DNA of 64,000 nucleotides from Rebecca billardiae RCC1528 (taxonomy: Eukaryota > Protista > Haptophyta). The translations under genes were made by a program, and so were the position numbers. The notes beneath the pieces are model-generated. The model did not search any database, had not been told where the DNA came from, and saw only the letters and a list, made by a program, of their open reading frames with translations. Below are positions 33,958 through 45,540 of the stretch, piece after piece. How positions within the stretch are numbered: position 1 is the stretch's first letter; the number at the start of each line of letters is the position of its first letter. The DNA lies in contig OZ251247.1 in the NCBI GenBank assembly GCA_965240325.2, positions 310,001-374,000 on the forward strand. Reading direction: 5' to 3'.

Positions 33958-35454
33958 ATGGCCACGACACGGACGCGCACGCCGCCCCTCGCGCTCGACG
34001 GCCTGTCGCACGACGAGCTGACACGAGTCGTGACATGCCTTGCGTTGCCCGACCTTGCCGCCGCCAACGCCACCTCACGCCTCTTCCGCGGCGCGCCCGG
34101 CGGCCGCTCGGCGGTCGAGCACGCGCTGCGCGAGCGCGCGCGCGCGCGCGGGCACGAGCGGCTGCTGCCGGCGTCGCTGCCTTCGGACGTGCGCACGTGG
34201 ACAGAGGAGCTGTTTGTGCGCGAGCGCGTGCTCGAGCTTGCACGCGCGCACGCATCCCCGGTGGCGTGCGGCGCTTGCTTCAGCGCGTTTGCGGACGCGG
34301 AGGGCGGGCTGCACACGTGCGGCGAGAAGGGCGTGCTGCCGCAGGAGACCAGGTGGCGGATGGCCGACTGTCGAGTGCACGCAGCCACCGGCCACTCGGG
34401 CATGCCGTCAGTGCGCGTGCCCACGCGCGTGGCCTCGCTCGGCGCGGTGCGCGTGGTTGCTGTGGCCGCTGGCTGTGACCACCTGCTCGCGCTGAGCGAT
34501 GCTGGGACGGTGTACGCGTGCGGCAAGAACCGCAACGGCCAGCTCGGGCTGGGGGGCGGTGGGACGCGGCGCTCGTTCGTCGAGGTCTACCCTCTCGCGC
34601 GCGAGCTCGTCGTCGCGATCGCCGCGGGCGGCGGCCACAGCCTCGCGCTCACCGCAGCTGGCTGTGCGTACAGCTGGGGTGACAACCACTGCGGCCAGCT
34701 CGGCCACGGTGACACAAAGGACCGGTGCGAGCCGACGCGCATCGAGGCGCTGGACGGCGTGCGCGTGGGCGGCATCTCCGCGGGCGACACGCACACGCTA
34801 CTGCTCTCGGCATGCGGCGCCGTCTACTCGTGTGGTGCTGGCGCGCTCGGCCACGCCGCAGGCTACGGCGACGAGCAGCGTGGGCGCACGCCGAGGCGCA
34901 TCGAGGCGCTCGCGGGCGTGCGCGCCGTGCACGTGAGCGCGGGCTGCGATCACAGCCTGGTGGTGGACAGCGAGGGGGCGGTACACTCGTTTGGGTATGG
35001 TGGGCATGGCGTGCTCGGGCACGGACACGCGACCGAGATGCGCACGCCGAGGCGGATCAACTCCCTCGCGGGTGTGCACGTCGTGCGCGCGTGTGCAGGC
35101 ACAGGCAGCAGCGCTGTGCTGGGTGCTGACGGCAGCGTGCACGCGTTTGGGAACAACAGCAACGGCGAGCTGGGGATTCCCGGGAACGAGGATGCCAACC
35201 CCCCTACGCGCGTGGATGCCCTTTCTCAAGCGCGCGTGGTGCGCTGTGCCATGCGGGCGATGCCCATGGGCATCGCCCGCATGAGCAAGTCCCACTCGCT
35301 GTTTGTGAGTGCGGACGGCAGCGTGTACGCGTGCGGCACGCGCTCGGCTGCGCTCGGCCTCGGCATGAGCGCGGATGACGAGCAAGACGAGCCCACCCAG
35401 CGGATTGACACGCCCACGTGCGTCGAGACGGCGTGGCGTGCGCGCGTCTGCTGA
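33958..35454 (+). CDS. F-box-like / RCC1-repeat protein, copy 7
   Basis: 498 aa. LDGLSHDELTRVVTCLALPDL plus RCC1 repeats, with a 30-bp in-frame palindromic insertion at 35250-35283. Confidence 0.9.
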   Translation: MATTRTRTPPLALDGLSHDELTRVVTCLALPDLAAANATSRLFRGAPGGRSAVEHALRERARARGHERLLPASLPSDVRTWTEELFVRERVLELARAHASPVACGACFSAFADAEGGLHTCGEKGVLPQETRWRMADCRVHAATGHSGMPSVRVPTRVASLGAVRVVAVAAGCDHLLALSDAGTVYACGKNRNGQLGLGGGGTRRSFVEVYPLARELVVAIAAGGGHSLALTAAGCAYSWGDNHCGQLGHGDTKDRCEPTRIEALDGVRVGGISAGDTHTLLLSACGAVYSCGAGALGHAAGYGDEQRGRTPRRIEALAGVRAVHVSAGCDHSLVVDSEGAVHSFGYGGHGVLGHGHATEMRTPRRINSLAGVHVVRACAGTGSSAVLGADGSVHAFGNNSNGELGIPGNEDANPPTRVDALSQARVVRCAMRAMPMGIARMSKSHSLFVSADGSVYACGTRSAALGLGMSADDEQDEPTQRIDTPTCVETAWRARVC

Positions 35455-36221
35455 CGCCGCCTGCCTCCGAGGGGCGAGGGCAGGCAGCCGGAGCCGCTGC
35501 GGGCCTGCCTGCGGCGGGGAGTGTGGAGGTGAGCCGGGGGGAGGGGGGGGGGAGGGGGGGGGGGGGGAGCCGGCGCGACGGCACGCGCGCCGCGCGGCTG
35601 GGTCCTGCCTCCGGGATGCGACGAGTCCGGGCGGCGTGCGGCGTGTGCGCACTCTGAGCAGTTCGGCCCGGCGGCCGTCGGCGTCGCGGCCGGCAGCGCG
35701 GACTGCTTGCCGCGCGAGCAGCCGCCAGCGGGGAATCGGCCAGAGTCTGAATCAGCCATGGGTCACAGTTATTGGGCGCGTCATATCATCATCGCCCATC
35801 GGTCTCTTACTCTCATGACTAGCATGTCTGTCACATGAGTCATGAGTGGCGACTCCGAAGGCGCGGTCTGCTCCGCGGCTCCGCCGCCGTCACCGCCGTG
35901 TGTCAATATAACGGTATATAATCCGCCAGTGATCCAGCACCGCGCTGGACGCTACTCGCTACTAGTCACAAAGGTATAGTAGGCGGAGCTGTGTGTTGCC
36001 GCGCGTAGTCAGCCGGCGTTAGCAGGCTACTAAGTAATACTATGGCTTGGCAGCAGGAGCCGTGACGCACGCGCTCAGCACCCTCGCGGTCGCGGTGGCT
36101 TGGACTCACGGTTGGAGCGGTTGCGTCCGACGGTTGCCATGCGCAGGCCCTGTCCTCCGCAGCGCACCGGCACCGCCCTCCGCTCGGCCCTTCCCCTCGT
36201 CTTCTGTCGCGCTGCGGCTCG

Positions 36222-37672
36222 ATGGCCACGGCACGGACGCGCACGCCGCCCCTCGCGCTCGACGGCCTGCCGCACGACGCGCTGGCACGGATCGCCACCT
36301 TCCTCGCGTCGCCCGACCTCGCCGCCGCCAACGCCACCGCGCGCCTCTTCCGCAGCGCGCCGCCGGACGGCCGCTCGGCGGTCGAGCACGCGCTGCGCGA
36401 GCGCGCGCGCGCGCGCGGGCACGAGCGCGCGCTGCCGCCGACGCTGCCCTCGGTCGTGCGCACGTGGACGGAGGAGCTGTTCATGCGCGAGCGCGTGCTC
36501 GAGCTCGCATGCGCGCACGCATCTCCCGTGGCGGCCGGCCTCCGCTTCAGCGCGTTTGTGGACGCGGAGGGCGGGCTGCACACGTGCGGCGAGGAGAAGG
36601 TGACGGACGAGAACGGATATCCGACGGACGAGTATCGAGCGAACTTGGCAACCGGCCACCACGATGCGCCGGCCGTGCGTGTGCCGACGCACGTCACCTC
36701 CCTCGGCGGTGTGCGCGTGGTCGCTGTGGCCGCTGGCTACGGCCACCTGCTCGCGCTGAGCGATGCCGGCGCCGTGTACGGCTGCGGCGACAACAGCCAC
36801 AACCAGCTCGGGCTCGGCGACAGGGAGGAGAGGCACTCGTTGGCTCCGCTCGTTGCGCTGGCCGACGTCGTGGTCGTGGGCATCTCGGCCGGCAACTACC
36901 ACAGCCTCACACTCACCGCCGCTGGGTGCGCGTACAGCTGGGGCGACAACCGCAGCGGCCAGCTCGGCCACGGCGACAAGAACGAGCGGTGGGTGCCGAC
37001 GCGCATCGAGGCGCTGAGCGGCGTGCGCGTGGGCGGCACGGCTGCTGGCGATGCCCGCACGCTCTTCCTATCTGCGCGTGGTGCTGTCTACGCATGCGGC
37101 CGCGGCTTCGATGGCCGTCTCGGCCACGGCGACCGGCAGGCTCAGCACACGCCGAGGCGCATCGAGGCGCTCGCGGGCGTGCGCGCCGTGCACGTGAGCG
37201 CGGGCGGTGCGCACAGCCTGGTGGTGGACAGCGAGGGGGCGGTGCATTCGTTTGGGTTTGGGCTCTGTGGGCTTGACGTGCGCTACGAGCAGCTCACGCC
37301 GAGGCGGATCGACTCGCTGGTGTGCGCGCTGTTCGCGCGTGCGCTGGCGACAACAGCAGCGCGGTGCTGTGCGCGGACAGCAGCGTGCGCACGTTCGGGA
37401 GCAACGAGTGCGGCCAGCTGGGTGTGCGCGGGATCGCGGCTGCCGCGACCCCCACGCGCGTGGGCGTCCTCGCCCGCGCGCGCGTGATGCGCTGTGCCAT
37501 CGGCGATGCCCACTCGCTGTTTGTGAGTGCGGACGGCAGCGTGTACGCGTGCGGCAAGCGCTCGGCTGCGCTCGGCCTCGGCATGAGCGCGGATGACGAG
37601 CAAGACGAGCCCACCCAGCAGATTGTCACGCCAACGTGCGTCGCGACGGCGTGGCGTGCGCGCGTCTGCTGA
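36222..37672 (+). pseudogene. F-box-like / RCC1-repeat gene, copy 8, frameshifted
   Basis: Homology switches frame near 37315-37320 (GACTCGCTGGTGTG, apparently lacking 4 nt relative to DSLAGV in paralogues). It continues in ORF 37322-37672 to the conserved ..AWRARVC stop. This could be a sequencing error. Confidence 0.8.
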
Positions 37673-38263
37673 CGCCGCCTGCCTCCGAGGGGCGAGGGCA
37701 GGCAGCCGGAGCCGCTGCGGGCCTGCCTGCGGCGGGGAGTGTGGAGGTGCACGGGGGGAGGGGGGGTAGGGGTGGGGGGAGCCGGCGCGACGGCCCGCGC
37801 TCCGCGTGGCTGGGTCCTGCCTCCGGGATGCGGCGAGTCCGGGGCGCCGTGCGGCGTGTGCGCACTCTGAGCAGCTCGGACTGGCGGCCGTCGGCGTCGC
37901 GGCCGGCAGCGCGGACTGCTTGCCGCGCGAGTAGCCGAGCGGGGTCGGCCAGAGTCAGCCATGGGCCGCGTCATCATCGGTCGCATCAGTGGCGACTCAG
38001 GTGCCCGTGATGATGTCGTCAACGGTGTGGCAGCGGTCCGCCCGTGATCCACCGCGCCGCCGGGCGCTACTGGCACCGCCTACGACTAGAACAGTCGATA
38101 TGATCTATATATATATATACAATTTTAATATTTCTGAACTAGTCCGGCGGACGTACTACTCATGCAGAGAGTAGTAGGTGGCTCTGAGCCAGTGATGCAT
38201 CATATCGTCATGCAATGCGCGTTCGTCAGTGGTCAGCCGGCGTCACGCAGGCATGGACAGGGC

Positions 38264-39393
38264 AAGGGAGTCAAGGGTGCCCGCGCCCCAGTGGCGCGCT
38301 CGGCGGATGATGTTGGGACTCACTACCTTTTTGCCCGCGGCCTGCGGCGGGTTGCGGCGATGGCGTGCTCGACGCTGGCGGGGCGAGCGCACGGGGCACG
38401 GCGCTGCGGGCGCGAATGTGCCCGCGAAGCCGGCGCGTGTGGACGGGCTGTTGCGGGAGAGCATCCGGCGCCCTCCTGCGCCGCGCGACTTGCGCCACGC
38501 CTCTTTCGCCTCGGGTCAGAGCAGCGCGCACGCACGCGCCGCCTCAAGGCCAGCCTTGCCGCGCCGCAGCCGGTCGCGCGCGCGCCGTGCGCGGCGTGGT
38601 CGGGAAGGAACGGGCGCTGCTGCCGGGCGAGATGGCGACGGCATATGCGCACGCCTTGCCGCTGTGTGGCGCCGCGAAAGAGCACGAGAACGGATCCGCA
38701 CAGCTGTTGACGAGTGCTGATTTCTTGTCGTGCCTGAAGGCCAGACCTGAGCTCGAAGAAGCTGATGAAAGAGCATCAGCGCGAGGAAAGCGTCGCACCC
38801 AGCACTTCTACATGACCGCACGGTGATGAACATCCATGCAAGAGTAGCCCGCGCGGCCGTCTGGCACTGTTCTGTGTCTCAATGATCGTCCCGACAAGGG
38901 TCACGACCGCGAGGCCGTGCACACCATTTGTGACAAGTCGAAGAGGCGTGCAAACAGACCGACGACGCGCTCATCAAGGCGCCGCGGGGCGGCATAGCGT
39001 GCGCATATGCCGTCGCCACCTCTCCCGGCAGCAGCGCCCGTTCCTTCCCGACCACGCCGCGCACGGCGCGCGCGCGACCGGCTGCGGCGCGTCAAGGCTG
39101 GCCTTGAGACGGCGCGTGCGTGCGCGCTGCTCTGAGCCGAGGCGAAAGAGGCGTGGCGCAAGTCGCGCGGCGCACAGGAGGGCGCCGGATGCTCTCCCGC
39201 AACAGCCCGTCCACACGCGCCGGCTTCGCGGGCACATTCGCGCCCGCAGCCCCGCAGCGCCGTGCCCCGTGCGCTCGCCCCGCCAGCGGAGCACGCCATC
39301 GCCGCCGCCCGCCGCAGGCCGCGGGCAAAAAGGTGAGTCCCAACATCCGCCGAGCGCGCCACTGGGGCGCGGGCACCCTTGCTTGACTCCCTT
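38264..39393. mobile_element. MULE-like foldback element, 1130 bp, ~390-bp TIRs
   Basis: 38264-38654 is inverted at 38997-39393. Near-identical to 32724-33802. No TSD was detected. It lies upstream of copy 9. Confidence 0.8.
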
Positions 39394-39605
39394 CCGAGTC
39401 GGAGTGGCCTTGCTTTGAGTGCGTCGTGGCCCGCTCCACGGGAATCTTTCTTCAGCCCGTGGGAATCAGACCGCGCGCGGCCGGGGCCCGGGGCGAGCCC
39501 CCGCGGGCCGCGGCCCGCGGGCCGGACCTGTCCACCTTCGTCCACCTCCTGATCAACTCATCATCCCTTCCCGGCTTCCCCTCGTCTTCTCTGCCGCTCG
39601 GCTCG

Positions 39606-41069
39606 ATGGCCACGGCACGGACGCGCACGCCGCCCCTCGCGCTCGACGGCCTGTCGCACGACGAGCTGACACGAGTCGTCACATGCCTTGCGTTGCCCGA
39701 CCTTGCCGCCGCCAACGCCACCTCACGCCTCTTCCGCGGCGCGCCCGGCGGCCGCTCGCCGGTCGAGCACGCGCTGCGCGCGCGCGCGCGCGCGCGCGGG
39801 CACGAGCGGCTGCTGCCGGCGTCGCTGCCTTCGGACGTGCGCACGTGGACAGAGGAGCTGTTTGTGCGCGAGCGCGTGCTCGAGCTCGCACGCGCGCACG
39901 CATCCCCGGTCGCGTGCGGCGCTGGGTTCAGCGCGTTTGCGGACGCGGAGGGCGGGCTGCACACGTGCGGCGAGGAGGAGGTGCTGGAGGAGGAGACCGG
40001 GGAGTGGATGGGCGAGTGTCGAGTGCACGCAGCCACCGGCCACTCGGGCATGCCGTCAGTGCGCGTGCCCACGCGCGTGGCCTCGCTCGGCGCGGTGCGC
40101 GTCGTCGCGGTGGCCGCCGGCGACTCCCACCTGCTCGCGCTGAGCGACGCCGGCACCGTGTACGCCTGCGGCGGCAACCGCTGGGGCCAGCTCGGGCTGG
40201 GGGACAAGGAGAAGCGGTACTCGTTCGCACTCATCGAGCTACCCGCGATTGAGCTCGTCGTCGCGATCGCCGCGGGCTTCAGCCGCAGCCTCGCGCTCAC
40301 CGCAGCTGGGTGCGCCTACAGCTGGGGCTACAACAGTGACGGCCAGCTTGGCCACGGTGACACAAAGGACCGGTGCGAGCCGACGCGCATCGAGGCGCTG
40401 GACGGCGTGCGCGTGGGCGGCGTGGCCGCGGGTGGTCGACACACGCTACTGCTCTCTGCCAACGGCGCCGTCTACTCGTGCGGCCATGGCAAGTTTGGCC
40501 TGCTCGGCCACGGCGACGAGCAGGAGCAGTGCACGCCGAGGCGCATCGAGGCGCTCGCGGGCGTGCGCGCCGTGCACGTGAGTGCGGGCGGTGCGCACAG
40601 CCTGGTGGTGGACAGCGAGGGGGCGGTATACTCGTTTGGGAGCGGTGGGCATGGCGTGCTCGGGCACGGACACGCGCTCGAGCAGCGCACGCCCAGGCGG
40701 ATCGACTCCCTAGCGGGTGTGAGCATCGTGCGCGCGTGTGCAGGCACAGGCAGCAGCGCGGTGCTGGGTGCTGACGGCAGCGTGCACGCGTTTGGGAACA
40801 ACAGCTACGGCGAGCCGGGGATTCGCGGGAACGAGGATGCCAACCCCCCTACGCGCGTGGATGCCCTTGCTCAAGCGCGCGTGGTGCGCTGTGCCATGGG
40901 CCGCTCCCACTCGCTGTTTGTGAGTGCGGACGGCAGCGTGTACGCGTGCGGCTCGCGCTCGGCCGCGCTCGGCCTCGGCATGAGCGCGGGTGATGAGCAA
41001 GACGAGCTCACCCTGCGGGTTGACACGCCCACGTGCGTCGAGACGGCGTGGCGTGCGCGCGTCTGCTGA
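39606..41069 (+). CDS. F-box-like / RCC1-repeat protein, copy 9
   Basis: The ATG at 39606 (MATARTRTPPLALDGLSHDEL) matches copy 7. 487 aa. Confidence 0.9.
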   Translation: MATARTRTPPLALDGLSHDELTRVVTCLALPDLAAANATSRLFRGAPGGRSPVEHALRARARARGHERLLPASLPSDVRTWTEELFVRERVLELARAHASPVACGAGFSAFADAEGGLHTCGEEEVLEEETGEWMGECRVHAATGHSGMPSVRVPTRVASLGAVRVVAVAAGDSHLLALSDAGTVYACGGNRWGQLGLGDKEKRYSFALIELPAIELVVAIAAGFSRSLALTAAGCAYSWGYNSDGQLGHGDTKDRCEPTRIEALDGVRVGGVAAGGRHTLLLSANGAVYSCGHGKFGLLGHGDEQEQCTPRRIEALAGVRAVHVSAGGAHSLVVDSEGAVYSFGSGGHGVLGHGHALEQRTPRRIDSLAGVSIVRACAGTGSSAVLGADGSVHAFGNNSYGEPGIRGNEDANPPTRVDALAQARVVRCAMGRSHSLFVSADGSVYACGSRSAALGLGMSAGDEQDELTLRVDTPTCVETAWRARVC

Positions 41070-41971
41070 CGCCGCCTGCCTCCGAGGGGCGAGGGCAGGC
41101 AGCCGGAGCCGCTGCGGGCCTGCCTGCGGCGGGGAGTGTGGAGGTGCGCGGGGGGGAGGGGGGGGGGGGGGAGGGGGAGCCGGCGCGACGGCACGCGCGC
41201 CGCGCGGCTGGGTCCTGCCTCCAGGATGCGCCGAGTCCGCGGGGCGGCGTGCGGCGTGTGTGCACTCTAAGCAGCTCGGACTGGCGGCCGTCGCGGCGTC
41301 GCGGCCGGCAGCGCTGACTGCTCAGGCCGCGCGAGCAGCCGAGCGATGTCGGTCAGAGTCAGCCATCATGTGGGCGTCATCATCGGTAGTCGTCGATCTA
41401 CTCCGCGTCTGTCTCCGATCATCAGCAGATATGACGACGATATTGTCACCCTGCCATCACGGTGTCAATGATGACCGTACAGTGGCGGCGCAATAACTCT
41501 CAGATCGGAGTACGACGTACTCTACGCAGTCAGTCTAGTGATGACGTCTACTATCATCATCTAATATCAGACTCATCAGCCGGGGCCTGCTCCCGCCGCC
41601 GTCGGTTGCGCTTGCGTGTCGTCAATGGTGCCCGGGCCGCGTAGTGGTCTGCCAGCAGCATCAGTTATTATATCCTCTGCAGCCGTGGAGCGGGCATCCA
41701 GCGCCACGGCTGCGGAGCCCGAGAAGCCGATGATGGCGACCTGACGGCGGAGATCTTTGGCCGGTAACAACTAACATGCAGAAAAATTAAAGCCGGACGG
41801 CGCGGACGGACTGTTTTATGTCCTGCGGGACCAGCTCGTTGCTGACAGGCCTATTTCGCCTAATGGTCCGGGTAGAGGGCGATCGATGGAGCTGATGAGC
41901 GGCGCTGGCGCCTGGCGTTCGTGTCGTTCTCTTAGACAATCAGGTATTGTACCAATAACCCCACATTATAT

Positions 41972-43041
41972 CTGCTCCTTATTACTGCAGTCTGCTTCTA
42001 TACGAAGCAGATTTGGGTGGGCAGGCGGCGTGGGGGCGCTGGGCGCGCAGGTAGACGGCGCGAGCGGGCGCGCGCACACTTGGGGGCATCTTTGGGACCA
42101 TACCCATCGATGACCAGAGCCTCGCCGCCACCGCCCTTTCCCTTCTCCAGTGCCACGGCGTCCAGACGGAGTGCCAAACAAGCGTTTGGACATGCCACGA
42201 AGCAGATGTGGAATGGTGCTCAAACCGCTGCGGAGGTGATCTGCAGGCTGCTGCGTGATGTTGGGAGGGGTATCATATCGTAATGGATGACGGTCGTCAC
42301 CCGTGCGCCGGTCGGTAGGCTGCTACTCAGCGCCAGTAGCCTCGTACGCTGCACCTCGCGAGCTCAAGACCCCTCACCGTGGGCTCTCCGAGTGCTGACA
42401 CTGAGCACGAGGAGGGTGTACTTGCGAGGGGTACGCGCGACGCGCCTGCGATCGACGCCAAGACAGGCGACTGAGAAGCGATACCACCACTCCCGCCAAG
42501 CGCCTGCCTGACTTGCACTCGGTGTACACACCGCGTGCGGCGTGCCGCAAGGCCAAGGAGCAACCCGTGCCTCAGCGTGTCCCGCGCGACTGGCTGGTGA
42601 GTGGTGGGCACTGCTTTATTCGGCAGCGTGATGATCACTGTCATGCGAACGCGCGCATCAGACTTGAATCAGAGTAACGCGCGCAGTATATGCACTGCGC
42701 TGATGTCTACGATCATCTTTGTCGGTCGCCCACGTGCTTGAAGCGGCTGCAAGGAGTGCAGCCGGGCCAGTCGAGTGCCCAGCCAGCACGCGGACGGCAG
42801 CTCACGGCGCCGCCGCGCGTTGCCATCGTTCAGGCGGTGAAGCTCAGTACTGGAGGTCGTACTAGGCTGGCGGCAGTGTCTGCGAGGGTCACAGCTAGAG
42901 ACCACTAGTGATGCCTCGGGACATCACTCTCAAGCCGTGTTCAACGCCCAGCCGCGCGTGGGTGGGCCGCAAAGCGCGCGCAGCGGCCGCCGTCAAATCT
43001 GCTTCCATACGAAGCCGATTGAATAACTGCGGTAAGCTGGG
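41972..43041. mobile_element. Degenerate second copy of the 27115-28096 MITE
   Basis: Collinear throughout. The TIRs are interrupted by small insertions, and the ATAT flanks are retained. Confidence 0.8.
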
Positions 43042-43050
43042 ATATTATAT

Positions 43051-44511
43051 GGCGGGCCGTAGGTCCGCCCCTTGTAGTGCCCGGGAAAAAGATAAGAAAA
43101 AGAAAAAGAAAAAGAAACTCGCCTCGCCAAGAAAAGAAAATCGCTTCGCTCACTACCGGGCGCCCTCGCAGCTCCCACTGGGGACGCTCGGCCGAAAAAG
43201 GGTTGCCCATGGCGCGGAGCGCATGGGCGGCGCGCGCCAAATCCAACGCCGGCGTGGACATCGCGCGAGGATTCCCTAGACGCGTTTTCGCCTGATTTGC
43301 GTTTGCTGCCCTCGTCGTCTCGCGTGCAGGTCGAACGGGGGCTAAATCGACACGTTTGGAGCGGTACGCTCGGCGCGTCGACACGATCGCGCGACCTGGG
43401 GCGATCCTCGCCCGACGTGCACGTCGAAAGCTCGCACCGGCCATAGCACCATGCGCTGCGCACGATGACCGCCGCGCGCGATCCACCGTCGCGCGTCGGG
43501 CTCGGTGCGAGAAAGCCCTCATCATGAGGCGTCTCGCGGGCGGGAAGCGCCATCGCACGCGACGCAAGATTTGGCGCGGCCTTCTGAACTCGATCGCCGG
43601 AATCCGCGCACCGGACTCAGTCATTGCTCGCGGTCCGGTCCCTCAGCCGAAGCCCACGTCCGGCCTGCATGGCGTCGACGGTGACCAATGCGACGGAAGC
43701 GCAGCGCCAACGGCGTACGACGCGCAGCGGACGCACCTCCCGGGTCTGTCGCCGTGGCAGCAACCGCGTCATCGCGAGTTGGCGACCCTCGCCGCAGCGC
43801 GACACAGACAAGCCCGTGATGCCATCCGCAGAGCGATGAAACGTCGAGCATGCAACATCGCCGCGCCATGGCCTCGTCCATGGCGCAGGCGCTGCGGGAC
43901 GAGGCGGAAGTCGTCACGCCGGTGACGGATGCGCTGCGATTCGTGTGCTCGCGTGAGCAGCGCTTGCCCATTCTCGATCGCGAGTGCACACGCTGTCGCT
44001 GTGCGCGCGCGCGCGCACGACCAACAGCTCCTCGTGCCGCCGAGCACGTGAGCGCCAGACCTGTCGAAGATGCGAAGAGCGACGACCGCGTGAACGTCAA
44101 CGCGCTCGTGCTCAGCGTGGTGGCCGTGTACGACGTCAACGCGACGTGCGCCGAGCCCACGGCGCCGAGGCGCTCGATTACGCCATCGCGGTCGATATGC
44201 GGCACATACAACGCGTACCCGCGCTCGCGCGGAGCAACGGGCTACCCGCCCCGCCCCGCGTGCTGCACATTCCCTCTTGGGTGTGGGCCTCGCTGATGCG
44301 CATACAATACTCTAAGAGTACAGACCGTGAAACGTGTGTACATCACGTCGGGGAGCCAACTTCACGTGTCACTGGTCCTTGCACTCGACTGTCCGTCACC
44401 CACGGCCACGAGCGAATGTTTATGTGGAAAGACGCGCGAACCCGCAAAGGATACATTGCGACAGCACTGGCACGGCCCGCCGACCCCCCCGCCCGCCGCC
44501 AGGGCACAGTT
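43051..44511. mobile_element. Putative non-autonomous element with a terminal hairpin (Helitron/Helentron-like?)
   Basis: Begins GGCGGGCC-GTA-GGTCCGCC CCTTGTAGTGCCC, as at 10142, and ends GGGCACAGTT before a TA run. GTGCCC/GGGCAC may be a subterminal inverted repeat. Confidence 0.35.
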
Positions 44512-44537
44512 TATATATATATATATATTCATCATCA

Positions 44538-45314
44538 TCACTCACGGAGCGGCTGCCAGCAGGTCTCATCACGCCCGTTCGGCGCCCGCGGCCGCGCCGT
44601 CGCGGCCACCACTGCCCCCGTGGCTGCCACCGCTGGCCACCGGCGCGCCCTCGGCGCGGCCGTCACTCCGCAGCGCGTGGCTGTGGGCAGACGAAGCCTC
44701 AGCAGCAGCCGGAGCCGCGCTGCCGCCGCTGCCACTGGCTGCGGCATCGCTGTCGCACTCGTCGCCACCGCCGCCGCTGCTGCCGCCGTGCTCCGCGGCG
44801 GCGCCCGAGGGCGCGTCGGGTGCGCGTGGGGGGTCAGGCTGGCACCGCCCCGCGAGCCCCCTGCAGACGCGCCGCTCGCGCGGGCTCCATGTGCACCTGC
44901 GGCCGCGGCGCGGCGGGGTCCAAGAGGCCAGCGTGTCGGCGCGCGTGCGCGCGGGTGGGCGCGGGCGGGCGGGCCTTGAAGCAGGCGCACGCGCGCGCGC
45001 GCTCGCTGCGCGCGCTGCGCGCACTGGGCGCCCGTGGCGGGGTCGACGATGTTGAGGGGGCGGGCCTCGCCCCTTTCGCGGTACTTTGCCTCGAGCTGCG
45101 CCATCGTTTCGCTCAGCCCTGCCGGCGGCGGCGCGGCGAGCGCGCGCGCGCCGGTGCGTGCTGAGTGCGGCCCTGCGCACCGAGGCACGGCGTAACGGTG
45201 GTAGGGCGCGCGCGTACCGGCCTCCGCCGCGCGTAGTGGCTGCGTGCGCGCGCGTGGCACGACGAGCGCGTGCGTGAGCAGCGCGGCGAGCGCTCGCCGG
45301 CGGGCGGCCGCCAT
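44538..45314 (-). CDS. Hypothetical protein (possible signal peptide), divergent from the RING-CH gene
   Basis: ATG-initiated 258-aa ORF 227 bp from the next gene's start, separated from it by a lower-GC promoter-like gap. No recognisable domain, and introns are possible. Confidence 0.3.
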   Translation of the reverse strand: MAAARRRALAALLTHALVVPRARTQPLRAAEAGTRAPYHRYAVPRCAGPHSARTGARALAAPPPAGLSETMAQLEAKYRERGEARPLNIVDPATGAQCAQRAQRARARVRLLQGPPARAHPRARAPTRWPLGPRRAAAAGAHGARASGASAGGSRGGASLTPHAHPTRPRAPPRSTAAAAAAVATSATAMPQPVAAAAARLRLLLRLRLPTATRCGVTAAPRARRWPAVAATGAVVAATARPRAPNGRDETCWQPLRE

Positions 45315-45540
45315 TGCTCCCGCGCAAATCTATCGCCAGTAAATACTTTTCTCGCGTCCAACGGCTCCTGAGCGCCCTGGATTCCTGAATCCTGATTGGC
45401 CCACTCGGACTGGAGGGCTCACACGGTCTGATCCTCGTCATTCCTCGCCCCAAACTCCAAACCTGCCGCCCACGGACGACGGCCGGGTTGGCAGTGGCTC
45501 AGCGGCTTGCCCCCCGTGCCACGTGCCCGCGCGGGCGGCG

